Assembly: GCF_036321535.1 (NCBI RefSeq)
Contig: NC_087472.1
Coordinates: 94,366,001 to 94,430,000 of the forward strand
Length of the DNA: 64,000 nt
Reading direction: 5' to 3'
From: Camelus dromedarius
Lineage: Eukaryota
Positions 50,575 through 62,495 of the stretch are shown piece after piece. Both the position numbers and the translations under genes were made by a program. How positions within the stretch are numbered: position 1 is the first letter of the stretch; each line of letters opens with the position of its first letter. The notes beneath the pieces were generated by a model. It made no database searches and was not told the DNA's origin. It worked only from the letters and a program-made list of their open reading frames with translations.

Positions 50575-50875
50575 AAAACTATAATGGAAAGACTGATAAA
50601 TCTAACTACCTAAAAATTCAATTTTCTATTCAAAAAAAAAATGACATAAAAAGTTAAAAGATAAAGATAGCCTGGAGGAATTTACTTGAACATATATCAA
50701 ACACAGTATCAGAACTCAGAATACATAACAAACTGTTGCAAATAAATAAGACCCAGGCAAACAATTCAATAGAAAATTGGATACAGGATTAGAACAGTAG
50801 TTTCACAGAAGGTAAAACCCCAATGGCCTATAAATAAATGGAAACAGTTTAAGCCACACAAATAATGAGGGACTG
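50575..50875 (+). mobile_element. L1ME-like ORF2 fragment
   Basis: acaattcaatagaaaattggatacagg, tttcacagaagg..aatggcctataa. Confidence 0.6.
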
Positions 50876-50899
50876 GAGAAGTAAGCATCTTCTTTGCTC

Positions 50900-51890
50900 T
50901 TGTTGCTGTTTTTAAGCTATTTATCTTCCTCCTCCTTCAAAACTCCAGATCTTCTGAACTTCACGCCATGGGTCTTCAGTGACTGATTCCCCTCTTGACA
51001 CGTTCATCTCCCAGTGAAGTCACTTCTCATTTCCCTCGTATTTCACACCTGGCTCACTCTAGTTCTTTCTACCACTTCTCGTGTCCTCTTATACTTGGAT
51101 GATGGAATATCCATAAGGATGATCTCTCCTGTATTTTGTCTTCATGGTTCCTGAACATCTTGCTGCCATTTTCATCTTCTCCATCAACCTCTGTCTCTGA
51201 CTCTCATGCACTTATCCTTACTAATATATTAACCCGACAGCTTCACACATACTCACTTCTGTCATTATCCAGCTTGGATTCTGTGCTCCATAATTGTAGT
51301 GACTCATTTCAATTCTATTGCTTTCCTTCCCTCCATAGTATACAGCTGGGAAAGGTCCAGTATTGGCTATAACTGGGTATCTTTCCACTCAATGGTTTTT
51401 CCCTAAGCAGATGAATACTGATTGGAGAGTAGTGCACATGATTGTCAGTATCTTTCTCTTTAATGATTATTAATATTAAAATGCACGCTGCTGGTCAGAA
51501 TTTCCACAATACTTCTCTGGTATATTTACATTTGTTTTTCCAGACGATTATGTCACACAGTGTATTAGTCTTCCAAGCCCTGTGTATGTATTCCCCAAAA
51601 ACTGTATTGAAAGACAAAAAATTATAGTAAAAAAAAGCACCAGTCATTTTTTTTGTGTCTCTCCACAAATTTTACCAAACTGTTTGCATCCATATGCGTA
51701 TTCACTGCCTCTTCTCTGGTTGTAAATGGAATAAATTTCATGCATCAAAGGTAGTTCCTCTGATCCTGCTCTGTCTCAGGATCTCAAAGACAATTTCTAG
51801 TTACCCCCACCTCTCTCTCTCTTTCGTATCATCAGTGTATCTCTCTCTGCTGAATCATTCTCATCAGCATACAAATGTATTCTTGAAGAA
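50900..51890 (+). mobile_element. L2 ORF2 fragments
   Basis: Pyrimidine-rich L2 pattern; cattctcatcagcatacaaa. Confidence 0.5.
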
Positions 51891-52169
51891 GTATTTCTTA
51901 ATTAGTTAACATTTTAGAACTTAGGTTTTTAAAATGAAAAAGTAAAATAAATTCGTACATAATGTACTTGTAAGTTATAAAAAGGATGAAATAGTTCTAT
52001 TAGGGCTAGTATGGAATGTCCCCCAGAAATAGAAATTTATATATTAGGTAGATACATACATACATACATACATATACGCTTATGTTTGTATAGATATTTA
52101 AAGTTTGTGCATTTGTGCATGAAATTTCTGGGAGTTACATACCAAATTTTTAATAAGAGTCACTCCTCA

Positions 52170-52645
52170 GAGGGTAGGGGGAATGGAAATTGTATGAAGG
52201 CAGTCAAAAGGTACAAACTCCCAGTTATAAGACAAGTAAGTACTAGGGAGGTGATGTACAGGATGATAAATCTAATTAACACTGCTGTGTGTTATATATG
52301 AAAGTAGATCCTAAGAATTCTCATCATAAAGAAAATTTTTTTTTTTAATTTTTATTTTTTAAAAAATTTTGTTAAGGGTGAGGTAATTAGATTTATCTTT
52401 AATGGAGATATTGGGGATCGAACACAGGACCTCGTGTGTGTTACGCATGTTCTCTACCCCGGAGCTATACCCTCCCCCTATTTTTTCTATTTTTAAATTT
52501 TGCACCTAAATGAGATGATGGCTATTCACTAAACTTATTGTAGGAATCATTTCATGATGCATGAAAGTCAAATTATTATGCTGTGCACCTTAAACTTATA
52601 TACTGCTATATCAACTATATCTCAATAAAACTGGAGGGGGAAAAA
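52170..52645 (+). mobile_element. L1MA-like 3' UTR
   Basis: aaaggtacaaactcccagttataag ... tatatctcaataaaactgg. Confidence 0.85.
52335..52478 (-). mobile_element. tRNA-Ala-derived SINE (Vic-1-like) nested in L1
   Basis: Reverse complement reads gggggagggtatagctccggggtagagaacatgcg...ttcgatcccca. Confidence 0.88.
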
Positions 52646-53660
52646 GAACATATAGAGAGTGTTAGGGAAATACCTACGCCTGAACTTGAGAAAGCACAGT
52701 GGCTAAGCACATTGTCAACTCCTGCCTGCCCCTTACAAGACCTCAGATCGTCTCACCTGTAAAATGGAAGTAATAAAGTGTTTCATAGAATTGTCAAAGT
52801 TATACATAAAAAACTAATTTAAAAAACTGTTATAGTGGGGGAAACATTATAGTTACTCCTGGAAAGGAAAGTAAGATTTTTGTCACTGAAGCACGATTTA
52901 TAACTTTTTAATTTTATATATCTCTGTGTTGTTGGCAGAAGTGTGAAGTTAATCTGGCAGTAATGGAAGGAACAGTTTGGAGTGGGAAGGACAGTTTAGT
53001 TACTTATCCAAATTGTTATTATTGCAATAATAATCCAAGCTTCAGAGAAAGCTAACAGGAAATGAGTGTTTCTTGAGTGCCCACTACCTCCTTGCTTGAC
53101 TTTCACATATAGCATCTTATTTATTCACCTAATTTTTATGTCTAGCAAGTGATGTAATGCCTTTGACAGAAAGGATAATTCAGTGCTCTTATCTGGTTTG
53201 TGGAAAGTAATCGTGAGCTCTATGTTTAAGTTCTTTCTTTTAAGACTTTTCCCCTTCTCAATTTAGTGTTAACCCATGTGGGAAATAAACAATGAAGTTC
53301 CTCCTTAATGATTTTCTAAGAAGATCCAACAAATCAGATCGAGTAACATGGTCTAAGGACTCAATACATATGTGTTTAATTAATGAATAGATGAATCTTG
53401 ATCAGTTCACTTTATACTGGTATGAGAACATAAACACAAAATTAGTAGTGAGTCGCCTGATTATAATTCACCAAGATAGATATTGGATCTTCTATGAAAT
53501 AAAGGCTGTGTACAATTATACAAACGTCAAACCTAACTGTATTTTCAATCCCTCAAAAATATTTTTTCACAAAAATAATAGGTTTCCAATTATAACCGTA
53601 GTTTTATCCGTGTGGTCTTCTCCGTGATTAGGCAATTCATTATTATTCTGTTAATTAGTG

Positions 53661-53840
53661 CAGTGATTTTCAACCTCAGCTGCACATTAGAATCACTTGG
53701 GGAGCTTTTAAAAATACCATGCCCAGGGAAGCTGGAGTCCAAACCAATTACCTCAGAATCTCTGGGGGTGCGACCCAGGCATCAGTCCTTGTAAAAGCTC
53801 CCCAGGTGATTCCAATGCACAACAATTTTGAGAATCACTA
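53661..53840. mobile_element. MER5-like hAT-Charlie MITE
   Basis: cagtgattttcaac...ttgagaatcacta TIRs; ttagaatcacttggggagctt / aagctccccaggtgattcc internal palindrome. Confidence 0.88.
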
Positions 53841-56372
53841 ATTTAATGGAAGTCGCATGACTTGCCCTCATAACGGAAGGTGGGAATGCTCTCATCGAAG
53901 CTACTAGAGCTCTGAAAGCTGCAGCATGCCAAGTAAGCAGCAACATCAGTGGAGTGTTTTGTTTTTTTAAGAAAGTTATCATTTTCAGTGTAGACCAGAA
54001 ATGAAAAAGAAGGCTCACCTGTTAAAAGGTAATCCTGGATCTTCATTTAGGTACACAGCCTGAGAAGGTGTGGTAAAATTTATTTACTCAGGTAAGGCTG
54101 TCATCTGATAAGCAGCTTCAGCTAAAGTTGAGATTTGCCCAGGGCAATAGTACAGTTAATGAAGACAGAGAAGTGGTAAATCACAAGCCCAGTGATTTGT
54201 GTTTTGATTGACTTCACAGAATTGTGAGAGTTACATTTGAAGTCTGATCCTCACAGACTTTCTATAATCAATTATAGCCTAAAATAATCATTTCTGCTTA
54301 TTAAATCTGAACTTGGGAATGCAAATACACGTATGTGAATACAGATTAGAACTTGAAGATAAATGGAAACTAATGCTTCCTGTATATTTGATTTCTCCTT
54401 CCAGCAGAAAGAGTAACTCGATTGCATGTTTAATTTTCCTTCATTAATTGTACATTATACTTTTAGATGTTCTTTTAATATCTGTGACTCAGGATGTTGT
54501 ATGTTATTATTTCACACAAGCATGATCTCAGGAGATTTTGCATGATTTCCTGGGGCATCGGAATAAATTTTTCAGAGCCATATTTTTTCATGTAGTTTCC
54601 AATTCATAATGGTTCAGAATTCATAAAATTATATTCATAACTTAAATTGTTAATTTGTTAATTGTTTCTGTTATGCTCAATAAATATATTTGAGGAGAAA
54701 CCATATCTCAATATTATGGTCATGCTGTAGAGTATATAAGAAAAATATACCATTGCTGTTGCTCTAAAGGGTCTTAAAATATTTTAACAGTAAACATAGG
54801 ATATACATGATGGCACAGAAGTTTATAAAAAGTAAAATATACTCATACAGAGAAAAGTAGACAATAGGTAAAGATCAAATCGAATCATCCTGTGGGCTAG
54901 GGCTTGTGTTTGGGCTTACTTACATCAACAAGATGTAATGACCGATGGCTTCATAGGCGTTATGGATGTGTACGTGTGTGAACACAAATGTGGTATATGT
55001 GTGTTCACTGAAACTTGATCTTAATGGTAGTAAGTAATGAAATGCGTGCACTCTAAGGATGTTTTCCAGGAGGAACTAACTAACTTACGCTAGGGCTTGG
55101 GAAAACTAAGACCGAAGGAAACTACTGTACAGTATTTGTGGCAGAGATCCAGATGAGAGAAGCGAAGGGCTTAGCGGAAGAGTGTAGCATGATAAAGTGT
55201 GTGTTTCTACCAGAGGGTAGCTGGTATACTGCCTTTAGAAGACGAAAAGTATCCAAATAGAGATTAGAAATCGGGAGGCAGGTGACCAAGGTGAGGCTGA
55301 AGAGGGAGGCAGGAGGGTGGTAAAGCGAAGTGAAAGCAGCCTAAGTATTACATCTGGGCTATGTTAGCACCTTGCACTGTTATGATTTCAGTGACAAAAC
55401 CTTGGTGCCTGAGGTGGGCTGTTGGAAGGCAGGAGCTCCAAAGACCTGCAGGTCCCACCATGCCCCCTCTTTATAGGAAACCACTCTTGGTTCACTGGGA
55501 GCACGCTCTCCCCTCCTGCTCACCACTGGTAGGCAAGTCTGCATGGAGAGGGAGTCAGACAGCATCGGGGATCAAGACGTGCCTGTTCTAGTACCCAGCA
55601 GATTGATGAGGTGAAGTCCTTCCTGTACTAAAAAAGCTGGATAAGTATGGGCTTCACTGCGTGGGAGACATTCCCACTACTCTGATTTAAACCCCAGGAA
55701 CTTTTCCCATTCCAAAACACAGGGCTCTCCACCTCCAAAGATTACAGCTACCCCAAGACAACTGTAATTTCTTAGCTGACTGCCTTTCGATGCTTAAGGG
55801 AGAAAGTTATGGCAAAGAGAGGCCCTGGATCATTATTAGGTTGACAGTTGTAACTAATGATCCCTCTGGCCAGATGCCAAATTTAGAAAGGACTTGTAAG
55901 CACTTTTAAGACTTTGAATCTTATTCTACAACCCCAATAGGTGGTCTTTGAAGAATTTTGAACACAGCCATAACATGATTGATTTTGCATTACAATAAAA
56001 TGTCATTCTAGCTACAGAATAATGTACTAATTAGAGGTTCTAACTCAAGATGCCATATAGGAATATATTGCTCTCTCCTCTCCTGCTTCAAATGCGTACA
56101 AATAACAGAAAAGTTATGTGTTTTACAGTCTATAACCGATCCAGAAGGTGAAAAAGAAATAATGAAGAAACTCTAAAAAATGAAAATCAGAGTGGAATGT
56201 TTTGCATACCATGAAGGACTAGATTAACTTGGAGAGACTTCTGCTGTGAAATAGCTAGAAATTTTGGATTAAATATTGAACAAAGTCTTAAACGCAGACC
56301 AGAGTTACGATAAATTCAGAGAAAACTTCCATAGAATTTTAAAAAATGCATAGGGAAGGAGAGCCACAGTGA

Positions 56373-56737
56373 TGTTAAAAGGTAAAACGAGGCACATTGA
56401 AATTTTCAAGAGTTGGTTTGAGCATGCAATGAGTCCAGTTGGGCAGCACCAAATCAAAAGTGGCTAGCAGTGCTCCACCAATGGGAGCTAAGAGTGAGAT
56501 TTTTTATAAAGAAGATGGAGAAGCAAAAAGCAAGGAAATTATTTGATTGGCTCTAGCTTAAGTAGTTACCTTATTTGAGAAAGCCTAGTGGGCTGTTTGT
56601 GATTGGCTGTTCTGAAGTTTCATTTTCTAGGAGTCACATGTGTTGACTCGAGCTTAGGTTTTGATTTATTTACTTAGGCTACCAAGGCATTAGGGCCACC
56701 TCAGTCTGATGGCGTCCTTGTTTAATTACTTTTAACA
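56373..56737 (-). mobile_element. ERV1-type solo LTR (MER57/MER67-like)
   Basis: Perfect 8-bp inverted termini tgttaaaa...ttttaaca; flanks gtga/gtgt; two gattggct motifs. Confidence 0.8.
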
Positions 56738-59674
56738 GTGTTCGTTGAGTGCAGAATTTTGATTGCCCTAAAATAATTTGCCGTCTTCATTCACCAAAAG
56801 GCTTGGGTTGTAATGGCTATATAGGGATAGAATTCAAAATAAACGCATACATGAACCCCCTGAAAAAGCTTGTCCAAGAGAAGACTACACTTTCAATGGA
56901 ATGTGAAGATGAAAGCAAAGTTTGTATTTATCAACTTGGACTTCGGGTGCAAAAACAATGATCCAGGATCAGTTCTGTTACTCCAGTTCAAATGCTCTAA
57001 TTTGATATTTAACTTGTTCATAATATAAAGAGCTAATTTATTCTCCTTTCTCTTTTCTTGGGAGGAGGGGCTTCAAAATATATTTTATCTTTAAAATTGT
57101 TAGTAGAGACCTCTCTCTCTTTGCCAGCATTGTTTGCATCAGCATTCTCATTGAACACTATACATGTGCAAATGCTCTGAGCTACCTGTGGGAGATTTAT
57201 CATATTTCATACCAGTGAAAATACCTCATTGTTATAAACCTGGCTCCACGACAAAGTATAGAGGAAGAAGCTCCAGGGAGATATCTCACCATCCCTGTAA
57301 AATCGTAGCATTTTAGAACAGGAAGAGTCTTTAGTGATGATCTGATTCAATGATCTGATTCAAATGATTAAATGACAGACTACCAAAGCTAAGAGCCTGA
57401 CGCCTCTTTTAGGGAATAATTTAGTTCTGTGGAAGGAAAAAAGAACCTTTCTCAATCACCTATTAAAGAATTAAACGTGGACCCAATTACTTGCAGGTGC
57501 ATTTCATATTACAGCAGACAACTAGTATTCTTTCCTCTAATTCCCATCTCACCAGTCCTTGAAATGGTTGCAGTATGATGACTTCAGTCCTATCAAGAGA
57601 AAAGGTAAAGGACAATCAATATTAATTGATACCAGGCACTGAAAGTAAACCAAGCAATGATGAAATATGTCTACTGTCAGACACGGCTTACTTGCTTACT
57701 CCTCTCATTCAATATGTTGTACCTTACTCTTCATTCCATAATATGTGGGAAAAAATCTTCTCCTAGTGTATGCATTGTGTGGATTACACGTGTAACCAAA
57801 ATACTCATCTCCAAACAGTCACAAATTCCCTGTATACAAAATCCTAAAATTTTCCACTCTGTCATCACCTTTCCAGAGTCACTTGAGAGAAAAAAGGGGA
57901 GATAAATGATGCAGCTTATTACAACTTCTCTCCTCCGCCTTACTTTTCTATGCTATCCCTGTACTGTGATTGTCGTATAACTTACATTTCTATACTGTAT
58001 CAAAACAAAGCATACTTTTTTCTAGGAAAAATTTCATTTGCATTTTTGAGGATAATGACTCTCCCTATGTATGAGTCTAAACATAAATAATTATTTAAAT
58101 TAAAGAAGTAAATGCACACATGTCCTCTAATCTAGTTCCCTTCCAGTTTTCTCTGTAAACCGATACAGCTTTAGTCAATACTCAAGAACAAACGTGACAT
58201 ATTTAGTAATGCCAAGTCACATGTCCAAAAGGATGGAGAATATGTGTGAGGAGCTGATGAATAATGATTAATGGTGATTATGATGATTAAGAATTAATGA
58301 TAGGTCCTGGATATTTTGGGGTTCTTACCCCTCCCATGTGTATAACAGATGACAAATACAATGTACAGCTGCATCACAATGAAATGCCTTTTTCCTTTGT
58401 AGAATTAGAACCCTTTCTGATACTGCTTTAATATGCTGGATGTATAAGGCTGCTATACATGCAACTGATCCAATCTGTGGCATTAATTATTTAACCCAAA
58501 TGATGGAAAATGATACTGGTCTAAATAATTTACAAAATCACCAGAGATATTCATGATATGTGGCTAAGTGCTTAAAAAAATAACAAAAACATGCCCCAAA
58601 TTTATTTAACCCATTGAATTTTACAAGAGAGAAAAATGTTTCTTGTCAGGACTGAGCAGGTAGATTATTCCCTTTTCATGTAAGGCATGTATAAAAAGGC
58701 AGAAATGCCAATTTTTGGCATTGATGCACTCTTGGAATTAGTTCTGTCAACACCCCTACAGGTGGCACAAGAGAAACAGATTAAGAAATTTGTTGAGAAT
58801 ATGTGGTCATTCCAAAATCCTGTTTTGGCTGTCCTCTTCAGCATCCTTTTAAGCCCCTGGATCCAATTCATTAAATCTTCTTGATTTGGAAAATAATTTT
58901 TCTGCATCCTACCATAAAAATTAAAAAGCTATTTTGTAACAGAAGTATCTGTTAAATGTCAAAAATCTGCCATGTGTTAGCAGAGTTGAAGTGCTCCCAT
59001 TGGTTCAAGAACAAGATGCCAGCTGTAGCTTAGGTGACTCACAAGATAGGTAATGATCACGTACACATGTTGTTTTTGTTTCCATTCTAGCCTCACTACT
59101 GGGATATGTACCAGAAAACAGTCCTAATACAAATTCAGCTCACTTCCTGAAGATTTTTGAAGTAACTTACTTTTTTTTTATCAAATTCAATTTTTCACAT
59201 TTGTTGTTGTGCTAACATAATTGTCTCTTAAACGTGTCATGGATTGAGATCATGAATTAATGAATTTTGTCTTGCTTACTTTTAAATCCCCAGTACTTAC
59301 CATGTGGCAAATATTGTATGCACTAGATAAATGCCTATTGAGTGATGATAATAATGAATGAGTAAATTATTCTCTTAATACTCCTAGTTCATTTATTTCA
59401 CTATAAATAATAATAATAGTACATTTTCCAATGTTGTTATTAGTAGTTAATAAAAGCACCATGATTATTAGTATCTACTCAATTGGAATATTAGAATATA
59501 AGTAGAACAGTAAAGGCCATTACTTTGAAAATCCCAGCCATCCACCTAATTTAATTTCTCTTACACTCAGTATTGGTTGTGAAGTAAAATCTACATAAAC
59601 CATGATAGACAATTCAGGCATCATAATTAAAACTGACCTCCTCTGTCCTTTGTCTATCACGTGATTCTCTTTTT

Positions 59675-59676
<2 letters not shown>

Positions 59677-59707
<31 letters not shown>
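59677..59707. repeat. Poly-A tract
   Basis: About 31 consecutive A. Confidence 0.95.
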
Positions 59708-59710
<3 letters not shown>

Positions 59711-60164
59711 CCAAAGCTTTTGTTTATCACACTGACTGAAATGTCAAGGACTCCAATGATTATGACTCTTAGAGTAAAGCTTTATCAGAAGTATGTAGCA
59801 CTTGGAATACTTAAAATAAAAAAATAATAATACCATATTAAATGTTTTGATTTGAGATCTGCCGTATTCTCACATTGTAGCAATTTATTTGATTCTCTAC
59901 ATTTCAGAAACCAAACACGAGAATGGCAGTAACCCCGGTTACTCAACGGAAAACAAAGAAACAAAAAAAGTAGCGCAACCGTGGTTGTAGCAGGCTAAGT
60001 GAACATGGCATGTAAGAGTAAAGCATCAGCCTTCACCAGTGTGAATCCTATGATCAGCCAGCTGTTTGTGAGACAGTCTGCTGTGCATGAGGAAAGATGG
60101 GAGGGAGATGATTAATCCTGTGAAATATCAGGCATGTTTAGGAGGGGAGAACAGAAAAAGAGGA

Positions 60165-60680
60165 TTAAGTGACCAGGCTCTACATGACCTGATCCCTGCC
60201 TATATTTCCAGTTTAAGCTCTCAGCAACCACCTCACTGTATATGTTCCTATAATAAGGAACTCTTCAGTTTGATCGAATCCTCTTGTCGTTTCTCCATTT
60301 TGGACTTTTTCAGACTGTGCTCTTTCTATCTGGAATACTTCTCCCCTCGCTGCCACCATTCTCGCTTCCTTGGGTGATTCCTATTCACTTTGTGTAAATC
60401 AACTTAGAAATCATTCTGAAAAAGGCTTGCCTGACTCTACTAAACTTGTGTCATATATCCCTTCCATGTTCTCAGATATCAACCCAGAGTTTATCACATT
60501 AGGTTGTAATTCAAGATATGCTCTCTACCATACTCTGCCTCTTACGTTCTCTGAAGGCAGGAGATACGTCCTGTAACCATATCTCTCTTGTTCATCATCA
60601 TTTGCCCAATTCCTTGCGCAGCGCCTGTTTCATATAGTAAATGCATCTGTTGATTTAAAGCAAAATTGAATAATGAACAA
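60165..60680 (+). mobile_element. L2 3' fragment
   Basis: ggctctacatgacctgatccctgcc, tctgaaggcaggaga, catatagtaaatgcatctgttga. Confidence 0.7.
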
Positions 60681-61049
60681 AGACAGTTATTCATTAAGCA
60701 TTCATTAACTCCTTAGTAGAGAGCCCAAATAACTCAGAAGAAACAAAAGTGAATACTAGGCAAGGGAATAGAAACCAAGACAAAAGTTCAGCTGCAAGGG
60801 TTCAGGAATTCAGAACAGATATTAGGTGGGAGGAGAGTTATATCATGTAACAGCCTGGGCAGCAGGATGGGAGAAATCGGTCCTTTTACGTTAAAAAGGG
60901 GATCCAGAATATAGTAGCAGATAGAAATCAGGCAAACCTCAGCTTTAGACAGAAAATATTTTGTGCTGTTATTTTCAGGACAGAAACTGATCTTTGATCA
61001 TAGTTGGAGAGAGAAGAGTGACATTTAGCATTTGCTGTGTGATTAAAAA

Positions 61050-61386
61050 TATTTTTATTTGACCAGTTTTATGGAAATATAATTTACATGTAGAAAAATT
61101 CATCCTTTTCAGAGTACAGTTCTGTGAGTTTCAACAAATGTATACAGTCATGTAATCATCACCATAATCACGATATAGACCAGTTCCTTCACTCCATCAC
61201 TGTAGTTATCCCTCACCCTCACTTTCAGCCCCTGGCAACCAATCATTTGTTTTCTGTCCCTAGAGTTGTGCCTTTTCCAGAATGTCATATAAATGGAATA
61301 ATAAACTGTGTGGCCTTTTGAGCCTGGCTTCCTGTAATTAGCATAATACATTTGTGACTCATTTCTGGTTTTGTGTGTACATATTA

Positions 61387-61417
<31 letters not shown>

Positions 61418-62495
61418 AACCCCACAAGTGCAAATTCTGCAGTTAAGTTTGCCACATATGGGAAAATCATAGGAGTCAGCACATCCGCAGTGCAATGGGC
61501 AAGACTTGCCTTGGGAACACCAACTTTGTGATCATGCTGTCTCCCCTGTCAGGTAATAAGTATTTATTAGCTTATCTTTTATTGCTGAGTGGTATTCCTC
61601 TGCTGGATACGTCACAAATTGTTTATCCATTCTCTTATTGAAGGCTATTTGCTTTGCTTACAGTTTTTGGCCATTATGAATAAAGCTACCATAAATACTC
61701 ATGTACACAACTCTTGTGTGGAGATAATTCTTTCTCCCTTCAGGTAAAATAAATATTTGACTTTAGCAAAAGTGTCAGACTGTTTTCCAAAGTTGCTGTA
61801 ATATTTTGTATTTCAAGCAACAGTTTATGAGAACTCCAGTTAGTCAACATCCTTGCCAGCCCTTGAGATTGTCAGGTTGTTCATCTGAGTGCTCTATTTT
61901 GTTTTGCATTTTATTTTTGTTTGTGCATTTCTAATCAGTGTGTAGTGATATCTCATGGTGGTGTAATGATACTGATTATTTCCTTTTCTTGCGTTCAGTG
62001 TTAGACATACCTTTGCCTCATTGAAGTGTTTGTTTAAATCATATCCATTTGTACTTGGAATGTTTGTTTCCTTCTTATTATTTATTGAACTTTGAGATTC
62101 TTATATATATCTGACATACAAGTCCTTTGCCAGATATATGCTTTGCAAGCATTTTACCCCAGTCTGACTTCCCCTTTCATTGTGTAAACAACTTATTTAG
62201 AACAGCAGAAATTTTACACATTTATAATGTCCAATGTAAATTTATTATGGCTAAGTTTTGATGTTGTATTTAAGAAACGTTACCTCCCTCAAGTTCACAA
62301 AGATGTTTTCCTCAAGGAGTTTTATGGTTTCAGGTTTACATTTAGGTCTGTGATTCAGGTTGATTTAATTGTGTATATTACATGAGATGTGAGTGATATT
62401 CATATTTTCTTATGGATATCTAATTGTTGCAGGATCACTTGTTGAAAATACTGTTTTTTCCCCCATTGAATTACCTTTCTTAAAAATCAATTGGC
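61050..62495 (-). mobile_element. L1MB/MC-like 3' UTR plus ORF2 end
   Basis: cttttccagaatgtcatataaatggaat, gactgttttccaaagttgctg, ggatatctaattgttgcagg. Confidence 0.85.
61420..61563 (-). pseudogene. RNU1: U1 snRNA retropseudogene, 3'-truncated, with A-rich tail
   Basis: Reverse complement atactta(tta)cctgacaggggagacagcatgatcacaaagttggtgttcccaaggcaagtcttgcccattgcactgcggatgtgctgac...gcagaatttgcacttgtgggg is colinear with U1 nt 1 to ~140; (CAAAA)n tail at 61390-61419; nested in L1. Confidence 0.92.

Noticed and set aside
57338..57363. 13-bp tandem duplication tgatctgattcaa x2
   Set aside because: An ordinary slippage duplication in MIR-like sequence.
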